From a virus: DNA of 64,000 nt. The translations under genes and the position numbers were made by a program. The stretch covers positions 9,647 to 73,646 of IMG/VR virus record IMGVR_UViG_3300010430_000024. The stretch is one strand, 5' to 3'. Of the stretch, positions 42,869 through 56,300 are shown in pieces (within the stretch, counting starts at the first letter, position 1; each line of letters begins with the position of its first letter). The notes beneath the pieces are model-generated. The model worked only from the letters and a program-made list of their open reading frames with translations. It was not told the DNA's origin and did not search any database.

Positions 42869-43639
42869 ATGAATAAATTAGTGATACACCCGAAGGACAA
42901 GAGTACCGACTTCTTGAAGCCGATATACCACGGTCGTAACGATACGACTGTGATCACTGGCGGCTGCACGAAGAAGGACGTAGAGGATGCCATCAAAGAG
43001 CACGACCACATTATCATGCTCGGACACGGTACACCGCAGGGACTTCTTGCGATGAACCAGTTCAATGGCAAGGTAGCACCACGAGCCGCATACAAGCCTG
43101 TGGTTAAGCCAAGCACAGCTATCCGTAAGTCTACGACTGGATTACCCCTCAAAAGGGATGACATCAAGGACTTCTACACGCCGAGCCAGATCATCCAAGA
43201 TGAAGATGACTGGTTCGCTAACCGACAGGTTGGTGGTGGTAGCTATGGTGGCTATTCAAGCACCCTGACAACCAGCTACGTCATCGATGATGAAACGGCT
43301 GATCTGTTGCGCGAGAAGAAGCTGACTACGATCTGGTGTAATGCCGATCAGTACATAGAGTGGAATGAGCTGGAAGGTTTCTACACCGGAATGTTCATCA
43401 GTGAGGAAGGTGAGGCTAGGATGATTGGCACTGCCGACACCGACAAATGGCAGGTTGAGGAAAGCAACTACGCTTTCGTCAGCATTGTTCGCAGGTTCCT
43501 CGACCACTCGGCAGAGAAGTTACACGCTGCCCTGACGCTGGAGTACGGAGAGATGGCTGATCGTAACGCCGTCGCAAAGTACAACCTGCATCGGCTGTAC
43601 ACACGCAGCAATGCAAACGCCAAATTGCATCTCGCGTGA
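42869..43639 (+). CDS. Putative clan-CD (caspase-fold) cysteine peptidase-like protein
   Basis: HIIMLGHG and LTTIWC motifs; AGGAG SD. Confidence 0.45.
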   Translation: MNKLVIHPKDKSTDFLKPIYHGRNDTTVITGGCTKKDVEDAIKEHDHIIMLGHGTPQGLLAMNQFNGKVAPRAAYKPVVKPSTAIRKSTTGLPLKRDDIKDFYTPSQIIQDEDDWFANRQVGGGSYGGYSSTLTTSYVIDDETADLLREKKLTTIWCNADQYIEWNELEGFYTGMFISEEGEARMIGTADTDKWQVEESNYAFVSIVRRFLDHSAEKLHAALTLEYGEMADRNAVAKYNLHRLYTRSNANAKLHLA

Positions 43640-43807
43640 GGTACGGGGTCATGATCTTTGTGTCTCTGTCCCTACTGGCAATAGTGGCGTTCACCGTTAA
43701 GGTGTTCGTCACTGCCAGCTCTGCATATGAAGACAAGATCGAGCGCCTGTGTGCGCCGAAACAAGAAAGCAAATGGGCATACCTTGCCCCACCAATGGAG
43801 AAAAATA

Positions 43808-44209
43808 ATGTTTGGATTGAATCAGAAGCATCTCGCAAAGAGATGTGCAAATCTCGAAGAGAGGGTGACGGAGCTACTGACAGTTCGCGATAGACTGAGT
43901 GACGAGAACCACCAGCTGGTAACCGAGAATAAAAGTCTCGCCCAGACCAAGCAAATGGATGAAGAGATGATCGCGCACAAGCTCAAGATGCGTGAAGAGT
44001 CTGTCGTCCTGAATGCCGACAAGAAAGTATCTGAAGCAGTACGTAAAGCTGCCAAAGAAAAAGATGAAGGCATAGCTGCGACCAAGGATGAATACCGTGA
44101 CAAACTGGAGAGCCAGCTGGAGAAACGCGGCGACGAGATGAAGGAAATTCAGATTGAAATTCTTAATCGTTTGCCTGACGTGAGTCTGGCGATCAAACAG
44201 AAAAGCTGA
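43808..44209 (+). CDS. Coiled-coil hypothetical protein
   Basis: GGAG SD; heptad-rich. Confidence 0.6.
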   Translation: MFGLNQKHLAKRCANLEERVTELLTVRDRLSDENHQLVTENKSLAQTKQMDEEMIAHKLKMREESVVLNADKKVSEAVRKAAKEKDEGIAATKDEYRDKLESQLEKRGDEMKEIQIEILNRLPDVSLAIKQKS

Positions 44210-44832
44210 TGGGTGTTCTGCGTCCCGGCGCACACATTGCCATGAACGGGAAAACCATGGACCCGGAGTCAGCCAGACGGTTGGCTTCGGGATTCTGGAA
44301 GCACGAGTGGTCTCCCCTTGACGACATCACAACGTGGGTCTGCGACAAGCGCAAACTGCACGAAGAAGTGCAGAGGTTAGGACAGGACCATCGGATATGG
44401 GAGAAGTTCGCACGTGACCCGACAGCCTTTCTCGATGCTCGCTTCGGTGAGGGAACAGGCGAGGCGTATCGACACTCAGGTCAGGACCGAGTAGCAATGC
44501 GGTTCGATCCATTCATGAATGAGAGAAATAAAATGGCACTAGGATATATTCACAACACAGGCTTCACCACCGCCACAGGCACAGCCACCAACATCACTAC
44601 CACAAGCAATACAGACTCGTGGATCATGGAGCACCAGCAGGAACAGCGCATCTATGAGCAGCAACAGCGCGTACGCAAGAAGCGAATGCAGGAGAAAGAA
44701 TCCATCCGCTTCAAGCCGAACTCTCTGGTCAGGAACCTACCCTTCGTCCATGGTGGCGACAGCTTACTGGCAACCCTGCAACGTGACTTCGATCACTGGG
44801 CAAAACCACAAATGAGGTTACTCAATGGATAA
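44209..44832 (+). CDS. Hypothetical protein(s)
   Basis: 207 aa ORF; a possible internal start at MALGY. Confidence 0.45.
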   Translation: MGVLRPGAHIAMNGKTMDPESARRLASGFWKHEWSPLDDITTWVCDKRKLHEEVQRLGQDHRIWEKFARDPTAFLDARFGEGTGEAYRHSGQDRVAMRFDPFMNERNKMALGYIHNTGFTTATGTATNITTTSNTDSWIMEHQQEQRIYEQQQRVRKKRMQEKESIRFKPNSLVRNLPFVHGGDSLLATLQRDFDHWAKPQMRLLNG

Positions 44833-45238
44833 CACACAAGCACAACAGGTATATGGTCTCGACTCTGCCGAGTGGCTCAGCCGATGGGATGACAACAAGA
44901 TCGTCTGGTCCGTAGAGATGGGTGGACTCGGACCCGGTTACGAGCAGGCAATCCAAACCGCTGTAGCAGAATTCCTGCGCATCATCGTCGCTGAAAACTT
45001 TGATCACCACACATGGGGTGACAAGGATGTCTGGGCTAAAGATCGTGACAAGATCAACGAGCTGGCACATAAGAACGAAACGATCTCAGGGATGGGATTG
45101 AGTGGCGCTCAGGCTGGCGCAGCGCTCAGCGTTGCCACACAGTTCTATATGCGAGACCCATGGGTAGCGCTCAACGATACCGCAATCAGGGACCGTCTCA
45201 TACAGGTCCAGAAGGAGTTTCCCAATGGTGGTGTATGA
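44825..45238 (+). CDS. Hypothetical protein
   Basis: 137 aa; WSVEMGGLGPGYEQAIQ. Confidence 0.6.
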   Translation: MDNTQAQQVYGLDSAEWLSRWDDNKIVWSVEMGGLGPGYEQAIQTAVAEFLRIIVAENFDHHTWGDKDVWAKDRDKINELAHKNETISGMGLSGAQAGAALSVATQFYMRDPWVALNDTAIRDRLIQVQKEFPNGGV

Positions 45239-45704
45239 ATCACTACAGAGACTCTCTCTTGACGTTGGTGATGAGGTTGTCGCAGCAACCCTTTTCAGGG
45301 ATTACGTGATGGTGTTCACGCGAATGGGGCGCGTCTACAGGGTGAGGCATGATGGCTGACTTCATTCACCTGACCAACATCATTCAGGGTGAGGTACTCA
45401 GGATCAGGGAGCGTAGGCCGCTGGAGCAGCAACCAGAGCTACTCTTAGAGCTGATCGACTACCTGAACGACCAAACCACAGCTGTGACAATGACGCGCCT
45501 GAAGGTCGCTGAGGAACTCTCAGAGGCTTGATCTGTCAGTTATATTCACATAAGGTGTGAATATGAACACGTTGACTGAGAAAGTTTTACCGCTCTACGA
45601 GAAGGTTATCCATATAGCCTTTGGGTGCGGTTGTGTCCAGACGTTTTCCCCGAACCAGATGACGGCTCAGCGCTGCCCAACCCATGGCGACAGCATGATC
45701 TCGT

Positions 45705-46031
45705 CTACTGAGGAACTTCAGCGGGTGCCGTCAGTTCACCAGCATCAGCCTTGTCATTGTTAGCCTGATCCAGAGCGTCGTACAGGTCGAAGATCAGGTC
45801 GAACAGGTCATCGACCGTGAATTCCTCATCAAGCCCAGCAGGGTAGGCTACAGGGGCTGTCAGGTTAGCTGGCAGTTCCTTGTAGACCTCGACCTGTTCA
45901 ATTACTGTCTGCGTCTCCGTTACTACCCGGACCTCTGGATCGCTGGCGCAGCTGGTCAGCAGTAGCGGGACAGAAAAAATCAACCCGCAAACCAGCAAGG
46001 TCCTTGCAGTCAGCATTCTCATCTTGTTCAT
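45705..46031 (-). CDS. o-spanin (Rz1-like lipoprotein)
   Basis: Lipobox LTSC; overlaps the i-spanin in another frame. Confidence 0.75.
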   Translation of the reverse strand: MNKMRMLTARTLLVCGLIFSVPLLLTSCASDPEVRVVTETQTVIEQVEVYKELPANLTAPVAYPAGLDEEFTVDDLFDLIFDLYDALDQANNDKADAGELTAPAEVPQ

Positions 46032-46338
46032 CTTCTCTTGCTTCCCTTAGTATGTCGTTCTCTGCTCTCGCTGCCAGTAGGTCTGCCTCGCGTTCAACCA
46101 GTATCCTCTCGCGCTTCACTGTGTCTACACGTCGATCTTCAATCATGATGTCAATGCGTTTTCGCAAACTATTGATCGTGACCAAGTTCGTTTTGTTTGC
46201 GTCAGCAGCCTCGATGGTCTCTGCTGCCTGAGCCTCCAGCTTGGCTTCCAGCTCACCGTTGCGGGTAATGGATGACTTCAGCTGCCACCCCATAACAATG
46301 ATCACCAGAGCAGCCCCACCAAGTACGTATGGATTCAT
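45898..46338 (-). CDS. i-spanin (Rz-like)
   Basis: N-terminal TM + coiled coil + C-terminal Cys. Confidence 0.75.
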   Translation of the reverse strand: MNPYVLGGAALVIIVMGWQLKSSITRNGELEAKLEAQAAETIEAADANKTNLVTINSLRKRIDIMIEDRRVDTVKRERILVEREADLLAARAENDILREAREDEQDENADCKDLAGLRVDFFCPATADQLRQRSRGPGSNGDADSN

Positions 46339-46586
46339 GGGATAACCTCGTGTTCTCTTTTCTCAAGCAAAGAAACCCGATCCTGCAAGTCACCAAGCTG
46401 GCGAGCAAGGTCGCTATGAATCAGCATCGGCTCTTCAGCTGCTGCCTTCAGGTACGCAAGCTCTACTCGCATCTCAGCCACAGCCACAGCTGTACTCTGG
46501 GTGGTGTTACCAACCCACAGCAACAAAGCAACCAGCAGTAACACAAGTACTGTCTGTGCGTGTCGTTCAAGTACATTCGATGGCAT
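46335..46586 (-). CDS. Holin/antiholin-like membrane protein
   Basis: One TM + coiled coil in lysis cassette. Confidence 0.45.
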   Translation of the reverse strand: MPSNVLERHAQTVLVLLLVALLLWVGNTTQSTAVAVAEMRVELAYLKAAAEEPMLIHSDLARQLGDLQDRVSLLEKREHEVIP

Positions 46587-46603
46587 ACTCACATTATCAC
46601 CAC

Positions 46604-46891
46604 TCAATGCCCCACTCCTTGGTGCGAAGAGCCATTCCAATAGCTCTGTGTCAGGTCTTTCAGAATCTTCGATAAGATGCCCAGTATGATAGCAGGAAAC
46701 CCAGCGACTGCTGCTGCCGCCACTGATCCTACGATCTGATCATCTGGCAAGGTGTTCCAGTCAAACGCAATGAACCACTTCACAATAAAGAACCATGCGT
46801 ACATAAAGAACGAATAGTAAGCAGCCAGCACCAACCTCGGAATGACGCGGTAACTGTTGAGCAGCACCGCACCTCTGTCCCACCTATCCAT
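46604..46891 (-). CDS. Putative holin
   Basis: Two TM segments (RVIPRLVL...), adjacent to endolysin. Confidence 0.55.
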   Translation of the reverse strand: MDRWDRGAVLLNSYRVIPRLVLAAYYSFFMYAWFFIVKWFIAFDWNTLPDDQIVGSVAAAAVAGFPAIILGILSKILKDLTQSYWNGSSHQGVGH

Positions 46892-47324
46892 TGAACGGAC
46901 CCCTGTACTCAAAGTGTGGAAGGTCATCGAAATTCTGATCATCGATGATCACGTTGTCCTCATCCCAATTTCCACCCCACCTGATGTCATGACCCAGTGC
47001 CCTGCCCGTACCAATGATCAGCCCAGCAAGATAGATGAAACGCTTAGCGTCGTTCCAGTCGATAGGATACGGCGCTACATCGACAGCCTCTGACAGCCAG
47101 CCCTCCATTTCAGTTCCACCACGATTCATCGGTGCATTGTGTTTCGACTTGCCGGGACCGAGTTTGGTTTTGTTCTTGCGCAGCAGCTCTCCCTGCCTCT
47201 CCCACGAACGACGACCCTCAAGTACCGAGTTATCGAACTCCTTGACCACGACCTCCAGCGTCTCAACAAGCTGTGGACAAACTGTGTCTAACTGTGCGCG
47301 TGATGCACTTCCGTACGATGCCAT
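46884..47324 (-). CDS. Endolysin, peptidase M15 (L-Ala-D-Glu-like)
   Basis: EGRR...Q...SKH...AVD..P...RWGGNW...DLPHFE. Confidence 0.9.
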   Translation of the reverse strand: MASYGSASRAQLDTVCPQLVETLEVVVKEFDNSVLEGRRSWERQGELLRKNKTKLGPGKSKHNAPMNRGGTEMEGWLSEAVDVAPYPIDWNDAKRFIYLAGLIIGTGRALGHDIRWGGNWDEDNVIIDDQNFDDLPHFEYRGPFNG

Positions 47325-47326
47325 GA

Positions 47327-50300
47327 CTATTCCCTCGTTTTTACCAGTGATGCAAGATTCGGCACGGACATGTCGTTCGACACCATCTCCAACAGCTCAG
47401 CAGTAGTTGGTGCATCCTCTTGAATGCGCCTCATGTACGCGACCGAGTTATCCACACCCCACTCGTCAATCAGGTCGATCACCTGACTTGTCTCGATAGG
47501 CTCATCAGTGATCGGGTTGTACTCACCACCCGGTCGCAATTTCCAAGCCTCCTTGAATAACGTGTTGCGTGTCTCTTCAAGAGTGTCAATTTCCTTCTGC
47601 TTCCTATCTCTGAACTCACCATCAGTTTCGCCTTTTTCTTTCTCTTTGTTGATGGTGATCTGCATGATCGCAGTGTTCACGTTTTGAATGTTCTCGCGAA
47701 CATTCTCCAGCGAACTTGCTGCACGAATATATGGAGCATTATCGGTATGGGTCTTGAGATATTCCTCGACGTTACCTTGCTTCTCATGGAACGAGAGCGA
47801 CCCTTGAATCGCAGTAACCTTGTCGAGCATCTCATAAACCTCAGTCTCGTACTTGGTGTTGCGTGGTGGATTGTCACCACGGTTGAATCGACCAAGCACA
47901 GCATAGTCCTGAGTTTCAGGAGATGGTGGCAGCGGGTAGTCAAGCATCCGCTCAACTCCCCAGTCAGCAGCCTGAAGGACGTAACGCCCAATGGTTCCTG
48001 TGTACCCCGCATACAGGTTCTGTAGGTGCATTGGAGACCTGATCTTGCCGCTTATTGTATCCAGCCCTTCTGGCAGTCGCTTCGCCAACTCAATCATCAT
48101 CGGACTGGTACGATAGTTGTACTGGTCAGGAGGAAGCCGCTTGCCTTGGTAGTAGCTGACAATCGGTCTACCCCTGAAGTAGTTCATGTTGTTATTCATT
48201 TCACGGATTGGCGCGATTGTCTGCGGGATCGGACTCATGGCAAACGTCTGTGCCATCATGTGAGCGAACTCTTTCATCAACGTCTTGCCAGCATCAGTCT
48301 CTTGGTCATACCTATAGTTGAAGAACATCTCTGGGATGGTGTTGAAGATAGCGCCAACCTCGAATGGTTTTGGCAGACGGTAATGCGTATCGCCAACCCA
48401 CCAGTGGTAGTAAGCGTGTCGGTCCCATGGCTGTAGGCTCTTGTAACGCTCATCGTCTTTGAACGCTCCGTACAGAGCCAGACCAGCAAGGCTGATCGCT
48501 AAACCCTTAATGGTGAACGCTATTGGGTGCTCCCTTGCGCCTCTTCCGAGACGGTACATGCCCTGTGCGCGAGCATTCATAAACGGCACCGTCTGAATCA
48601 GGAATTGAACCACAGGCCAATCGCCTCCCATGGAGAAGTCCATCAGGTCCTTCGCCTCGTAAGCAGCTCGCTTCTTCGATTTGCCTGCGGCGATGGCAGC
48701 ATTGTAAACAGCCATACGGTTCGAGTTCTCAATCGATGAGCCGAGGTGCATCCATGCCCTGATAAGTTTCTTCGGTGAGTCAAGCACTGAGCCAACAAAG
48801 CCCTTATTCTTCATTGCCTCCTTCAGCATCTTCCTCGTCTGTTGAGGATCACCACCAGTGATGTATCCATTTTCAAACGCTGCTCCTGCGCCCACCAAGG
48901 TACGCATGGTCTCGTCTTCCATGAGCGCCTGACCGAAGCCCTTGATCGCAGAAAGTACAGGTAGGTTGCCCTTATCCCTGCCGATAACAAACGCTGATCC
49001 GGTATCACGAATGAAGTTCGACAGCATGAACGAAGGATCGATTGTGATCAGCGTCGTCAGTAGTCGCTTAGGTGCACGGAACAGGTTGATCCACTCACCA
49101 AAGTGCTTCTTGTTGATCGCGCTGAGGGAGCGATACAGAAGCATGTCGTCGGTGTAGTAGTACTCACGTTTGCCGTCGCGCATGACGCTAACGATACCGT
49201 CACCCTGCGGTGCCTTGAGCGCGAACATCTTCGCCATTCCAGTGAGTGCTTTCTCTGGGAGATCGTTCATGTGGATGCCAGCCTGATCTTCAGGAACGAT
49301 CACGCCCTTCTCGATCAGCACCTTTTTCAGCTGCGCCATCGGGATCATCTCTGGCTTCCAGTCCAACGGCTTCTTCGAGATGATGCCAGAGCCACGCAGC
49401 GCATCAATCGATTCGAGTGCAGCGTTGTTCTTCACGGATGCGTCCACCAGCTTGGTGACGTTCATCATGATGTTGCCAATGATGTCGCTGACGTTCTCTT
49501 TCCCACCACGCAGACGACGAATCGGTGCACGCTGATTCGCAATACCGGATGTTGGTGACATGCCAGAACCAGAAAGCCTGTTGTCGTCAACACGATAGAA
49601 CGGCACGTAATCAGCGCTCTCCCACGTCGGTCTGGTCTCTGCATCTATGATGCCTGACGCTTCACCAAAGTCGAGCATCTTCTTATTGAATGCAGCGTAG
49701 TCTTTTGCTACGCGCTCGAAGTGTGGGAACTTGTCGCCCAGTGCGACCATCGCCTTGAGTTCGTTCGCGCCGAATAGATGCTCACGGCCTGTTCGCGAAA
49801 CTTTGTCAAGCGATTTGGCAGCATCAGCCATGATCTTCTGACGTGCGTTAGCCTCTCCCTGCTTCTTCAAAGCAAGCTCGGTCAGCTTGTCCATGATCGC
49901 GTTGGCTTCAGCTTCAGTCTTAATGCCCTTGCCTTTGAGGTAGGCCCAGCCCATCTTGTATTTCACATAGATGTTTTCGCTGGTGTTCCGGGTATCGGGT
50001 TCACGCCAATTCCAAATCTTCCACCGATGTGTTCCAGCTTTGGCGCGTTTACCGCCAGCCTGCTTTTTCACGTGCGGGAGAAACTCATTGTCCCAGTACT
50101 CTTGCTCCACCTTGGATAGAGCGGCTCGCTCATCCTTAGTTATATGGTCTGGCTTCACTTCCCAGTGGCGCAGAAGTTCTTTATCTGCTTGCAGTGCCAG
50201 AAGAGCCATGATGTTGTCGTTCTCATTGCCGTGATCTACTCCGCTAGATTCGATCATTGCTTGAACGGCATCATCAACTCTCTTCTTCTGTTCAGGTGGT

Positions 50301-53300
50301 AGGTTGCCGTAACCCTCCAACATCAGAGACTTGCCACGCTTGCCTGCCATGTACAGACCCCACGTGTCCGGGTCGCCCAGTATTGGCTGAAGAATCTCAA
50401 GCAAGCCCTTGCCCTCGTTCTGCACAATGCCGTCCTTCCAGACAGGGTTTCCGTAGTACAGGACAGCCTTCATCATTGAGTCCAGTGATGTCGTCAGGCG
50501 AGCGCTTATGTACGCACCATCACTCTCACCAGCAGCATTGAGTGCTCGCCTCAGTCCATAGAACTGATCGACCATACCCTGCCGCATCTCTGCGCCCAGA
50601 CCTTCGCGGAACTCAGCAGCACGTTGCGTTAATGTCTTCGGCTGGTAGCCAACTTTTTTCGCAGCGGTCTTCAGCTTCGGGTCTGTCTTTGGGCTGTAAT
50701 GGAACGGAGCAACCGGACCACTAAACTCTTCACGCATCTTCTCGTTGATCGGGAAGTACATGACCCTCACACCCTCGCGATCAGAGCCGTAGTTCTCATC
50801 GATGTACACATCAAGACGCGATTGAGCATAGCTCTGCTCAGTGAATACGTCCTGCACAACTGGACCCTTCTTGTCACTCATGACAACCCAACCGTGCATC
50901 TCACCAGTAAGCTCAGTGACGTGCAACTTGCCATGATCATCAGCAATCTGCTTGTCCCGATTCGGTGACTTCCGCGTGAACTGACCTTCTTCTTTTGTGG
51001 CCTTGTTCATATCGTTTGCTTTCACATACGTGTCGCTGATATGCACGCCGTACTTCTTCAGTTCCTTGTTCCACATTCGCACAGTGATGTCTTCGTACGA
51101 CTGCCTTGCGCCAGCCAGCTTCGGTCGCCCGTACGTCTCTGAGTAACTACCAACTTGGTCACCGACCATGACGTTGATTAAGCCACCAGCCATCTCTTCA
51201 TCAATCAACCCTTGACTGATGACTTCACCTAAAGGTTCCCCAGTCGGTGGCATCTCATCGCTCGGTCGGCTCGTTCTTCTTCTGCGTGGACGATTTCGTT
51301 GCTCTATGTCCTGAGTAATCAGATCATTGATTGCGGCCTCGTCGTTAGCAAAACCGATGAAGCCATTGTCGGACCTTCGGTGCACCGCAGTTGTGGTCTC
51401 ATTTGTTGTCGAGAGAATGTAATCGTCACGACTTATATTGCCGTCTTCGTCTACTTCTGGCGCAGCAGGCAGCTCTGGTGTTGGTATCTTGCCGCTCTCC
51501 TGCTGATAAATCAGTTTGGCAACATCAGCTCCAAGCACAGGCACCATGCTACTGCGTGATACCACTATCGGTTTTGCTGCCTCTGGGTAACGAATGACAT
51601 AGACCTCCTGCTCTTCGCCACGGATGCCTACGTTCTCTTTGCTCCATGAGATTCGTTTGGTTGGTTGAACACCACTCAAACCCATCCCACCACGAGTTGC
51701 AGATGACAGTCCGTTGTTCCACATCACGCCACCCAACCCACGACGCACTGCGTCAGCGATCAGGTACTTGAGTGCCAGCGGTCTCCACTGGTCATCCTTC
51801 GAGACTGGACTATCCTTATGAACTTGTCCGTAGTTCAGGCGTTTCTTTACTACAACAAATCGCTCGAACACCTTGTCCATCTTCTGCGACTCATCGCTCA
51901 TCATAGCCATGTTCTCGACCATGTTGCCCTTTACGATGTCCCAGTTCGGACCTGCCGCCCCTTCTTCTTCGGTTGCAGGTTCAGGAGTAGCTGGTGCCTC
52001 TGGTCCGAATGCCGCACCAACTGGTGGGGAAAGCTCTTCTTGTTCGTAGTAGTTCTTGATGGCATCAGAAAAGTTCCTCTTAGCGTCATCAAGATCAGAC
52101 TCGTAATCGTGCTCTTCGCCATCGATCATCATGTCATAGGCATCACCAGCTTCCTTGGCAATGATCATTATCTCTACGTAGTTAGTCGGGTCACCATCCT
52201 CATCCCAGCTGACTGGGAGGCTACCTATAACCAGCGCAGTCGGACCCCTCTCGTGCCACTCTTCCCGAATTTGCTCATCAGCCTGTTCACGATATGCGTC
52301 GTCGTCGTACATGACATCTCTGCGATAGTCTTCGCGAGCTTCTGAAAGCGCTTCTTCAGCATCGGAGTTATCCACATCACCGTCTGCATCGATCTCAACC
52401 GCATCACGGTAGGTTTCGCCCTGCCTGCTGACACCTTCGTGATATTGTTCGAGGTTGTCCCAATCGTCCTCGCCCATGTTGTCGTAAGCGTACTGGATGA
52501 TGTCACTGAGGTGCTCGCCATCGTCGTTCATCTCATAGTCGTAATACGACTCGACACCATGATCGCGCATCGTAGAGGTTGCCTCACCATCCACATCTTC
52601 TTCCTCGAAGTTGAATAGCGATTCAAGTTCATCCCAGTCGTAGTCCTGCTCACCGACAAGCGACAGTCCAGACTCGTTGCGACGATGAGTGTCAAGAGAG
52701 ATGCGACGTTTCTCTGCTGCGTGGTTCTCCATCCATGTCTTAACCAGTTTAGGCATCAGGTCTTTTGCTTTTTCTACATCAGCTTTACTGCCTAACACCT
52801 TGACATCAATAAAGTCATCACCTGCTCTGACGGCATCCAGTATCAGCGTGCCCGGTGCAATATCACTGTGTCGGCTGACTCGACTTGGCGAGATAATTTC
52901 TTTCATCAATGAGATTGCGTCGTACCCAGTTCTCATTGCGGTGTTGGCATCATTGAGCACTACGTTCGGGATGCGTACCGTCGCCTGCTCGCGAGTGCCT
53001 AGCCCGGACAATAGCTCAGCTATTCGGTTGGTATCAGCGCCCGTCCTGCCGTAGAGAGTTTCAAGGAACGGCTTCAGCCTGTAGCCAATCATCGGCATCC
53101 GCAACCCTTCGTCGTAGTTGCTGCTGCTGGCTATGCGATCCATGTTCTGACCGAAGTTTCTCTTCAGGACATTGACAGCATCAACCAGCGCTTTCTGAGT
53201 GGAAGCATAACGAAGATCGTTGTGAATGGAATCAATAACCTTGTTCAGCTCACCTCTCATTGAGATAGCAATTCGGTTCATTGCTTTGCCGTCGAGGTAC

Positions 53301-56300
53301 TCAAAGCCACGAGCATCCATCGACCCTGCGATCTCAGCATCAGTGATCTCTGTAATTGTTTCCTCTACGCCATCACGAGCATCGCTGAGCATCTCTTTAA
53401 TCTTGTCGAGTTCCTCAACAGTATGGGTCTTCCAGACCTCTCTCTTCTGGTCTGCGGATAAGTCTTCCCATACGTCACCAGTTTGCGTAACCGCACGTTC
53501 ACGCAGAGAACTAAAGGCTGTTCCAGTCATGCCCTCGGTTGATCCATCTGGCAAATTCAGGATAGGTTTAAGGGTGTCATTCACGACCTGCCAAATGTCC
53601 TGACTCACGCCACGACCGAACTGATCGCCCACCATGTTAAGGAGGTTGCGTTTCTCGGTGTACTCCTGATCGACCTCAGCCTTCTCGTTGCCACTTGCGA
53701 AGCCCTTGCGTAACTTCTGCAACCAGTCAGACTGGAGTTCGATGAGCGACAACAGCTTGCCCTTCATCCTTTCATTCGGAAACTCCAGCTCTGGCATTCC
53801 ATCAAACTCAAGCAACTCGGCAACGCCAGTACGGATGTGCATGAGGTTCGCTTCATAATGCCCGGTGTAGCCCATCTCGCCACCACGACCTTCACTCTTG
53901 ATCAGGGCAACACGAAAGTCCTGCGTGTAACGCGAACCCTGTGGCGACCACTCAGAATACTCAGTGGTATGAGCTGCCCAATCAAACCAGCGATCCAAGT
54001 CCTTGTCGTAACCGATGTTAAAGCCTTTGGCGCGGGTCTTCTCACGCTCAGCTTTGATCATCTCCTTCTGTTCATCAGTTAGATTGTCTATCTCTTCGTC
54101 GGTCAGCTTGCCAAACAATCTGTCCAGCGCATCCGTGTAACTCATGCGCTGGTAATCACCTTGCTGGTCAGCGTAAATGCGGTACGCATTTTCAGACAAC
54201 ATGTGAGCCTGCATCAGCTCTTTGGTTAGTTGAGTCTTCTTCGGGTTTAGCTTCTGCGTCATGATCTCGGTAATCCGAGTACGCATCATTTCAGGGGTGG
54301 CTTCATTGACTCGCGGTCGATATTCCTCGCCCTGCATTTCCTTGAGCGGCCCAACCATGAGCGTCTTTTCCATGGCCTCATTGATCGCTTTCAGCTCAGC
54401 TGTCACATCAGCTGGGAAGATACCCTCGTACCAACCAGTCGGCGCAGTGCCACCGTGCATTTGCTGCATGTAGCGTTCGAGCGTGCCATAGGTGCCATCA
54501 CGGAATAAAGAGAAGTCTGCCTTGTCGCTCAAACCGGACAGCTCCAGTTCGCGCACCGTCATGTACTTTTCTTTCTGCGCCTTGATGATCAGCTGCTTCC
54601 AGTTGTTTGGTGTAGCAGAGTCAGGGAATAGTGGCACCTCATCAGGCACGTTCTCTTTGCCGCCATAGCGCTTCGCCAGCTCGTTCTTCTCTCGGTTGCT
54701 GGGCTTGAACGTCGCTGTGTTCATCGCGGTAACAAGACCAGCTTGGAAGATGTCACGATCACGTACAAACGGCTTGGTCGTATCTTCGAGTGGGGTCCAC
54801 TTGAACCCATCCGCATGACGAACAAAATCTCTCGACCGAGACAACAGGTCCTGCACGCGACTGTCGTTCCAGAAGTTCTCCTTTGTCTCGTGGATGGAGA
54901 CGAACTTCTTCACTGGCGCGTAACGGTCCATGTTCCGCTTCATCATGATGCCCTTGATCCACGCAACGAACCGCGCCCAAACGCTCTTCTGTTTCTTACT
55001 GAAGTCCACCTGACCAGCTTTCACCTGACCAGCAAGATACGCCACCATCTCTTCACCAAGCAGTTGCTTGTGGTCAGGTTTGCTCTTGTCCAGACCGAGG
55101 GTGCTGGCATAGTAATCAGCAAGTCGTGGGAATGAATCAACGAGATCGTGCATGTACGTGCGCAGCTCAGCCTCATTGCCGAACATGCCGCGTACGCCAT
55201 AGTGACCAATCAACTCATGCCAGACGGTCTCCATGATTCCAGTTTCGTAGTTCGAGCTGCCAACAGACGCTGTTACGTGTGCCGGGAAAATGAAGACTCC
55301 ATTCTCCGGGTTGAGATGATCCATGTAGCCGCGAACACCACTGAAGTTGCTGCCACCCAGCTCATCTTTGATCTGCTGCACGACGGATGGGTATTCTTTT
55401 TTCAGCGAATCCAAATCACGAACGATGTTGATCTTCGGCAGGTTGGTCATGCCATCGGTTAGCTCTCTCGCTATCCTTACTGCAATCGCGATCTGCGTGT
55501 CGTTCGCTTTCTTCTCAACAGGCATGTACGGAATGGTCGGGTGATAATTCATCTCCGGGTGAGCGTCCATCCACCATGGCACTGGTGTCTCGTACTCGAA
55601 GTCATCCGCAAGATCGGCAATTATCTCATTGTTGCTGAACAGGCTCCCAATATTTATATCAACCAGAGTTTGCGGAAGCGTCTGTCGATCTGGGCGAGCA
55701 TAATCAGCATCACCAGTGATCCATGCAAGGTCTGCTTTGTCCATGCCTTTCGGAATGATCAGGTGGTTACTGCTCGGATTGAATAGGAACTCTCTGCCCT
55801 GAACATTGACCTTCACTCTCGCACGACCACGCTTGTTCGAGATGTTCGTGATCACACCATCAACAGCTCCATCAGGGGTTAATATCTCTGCCACATCACC
55901 GCGCTTAACCTTATGACTTACTCGATGCCAGTGACGTGGCAATGACTCCTTATCAAGCTGGAATAAACCCTGCTGTGCCCGGTGTCTGTAGGTAGCTGCT
56001 TTCTTCTTACGAGATGCGACGATGCCGCGAGCCTGACGATCCTGCTTCATGGTCAGGGACTCAGCATCAGCACTCTGGTAATCCTCGCCCTTGCCCCACG
56101 TGATCTGCGGTGTGACAACATCCTCGCCTGCGATGACCTCAGTCTCCGACAGTTCAGTAGCCGCTGCCTGCATAGCAGTCTCCAGCGCCTCCTGAGAGGC
56201 TCCAGTTACTGCGAACTCGTCACCACCTAACCGGAAGACCTCTACGCCTGCCTGCTTGCTTAGAGCGTCTGAGACAGCCAGTAGCAGCCGATCTCCAGCT

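Noticed and set aside
45542-45564. Inverted repeat ATATTCACA-TAAGG-TGTGAATAT as the same operator
   Set aside because: Spacing differs from the CAC-N3-GTG consensus; may be a weak terminator between convergent units.
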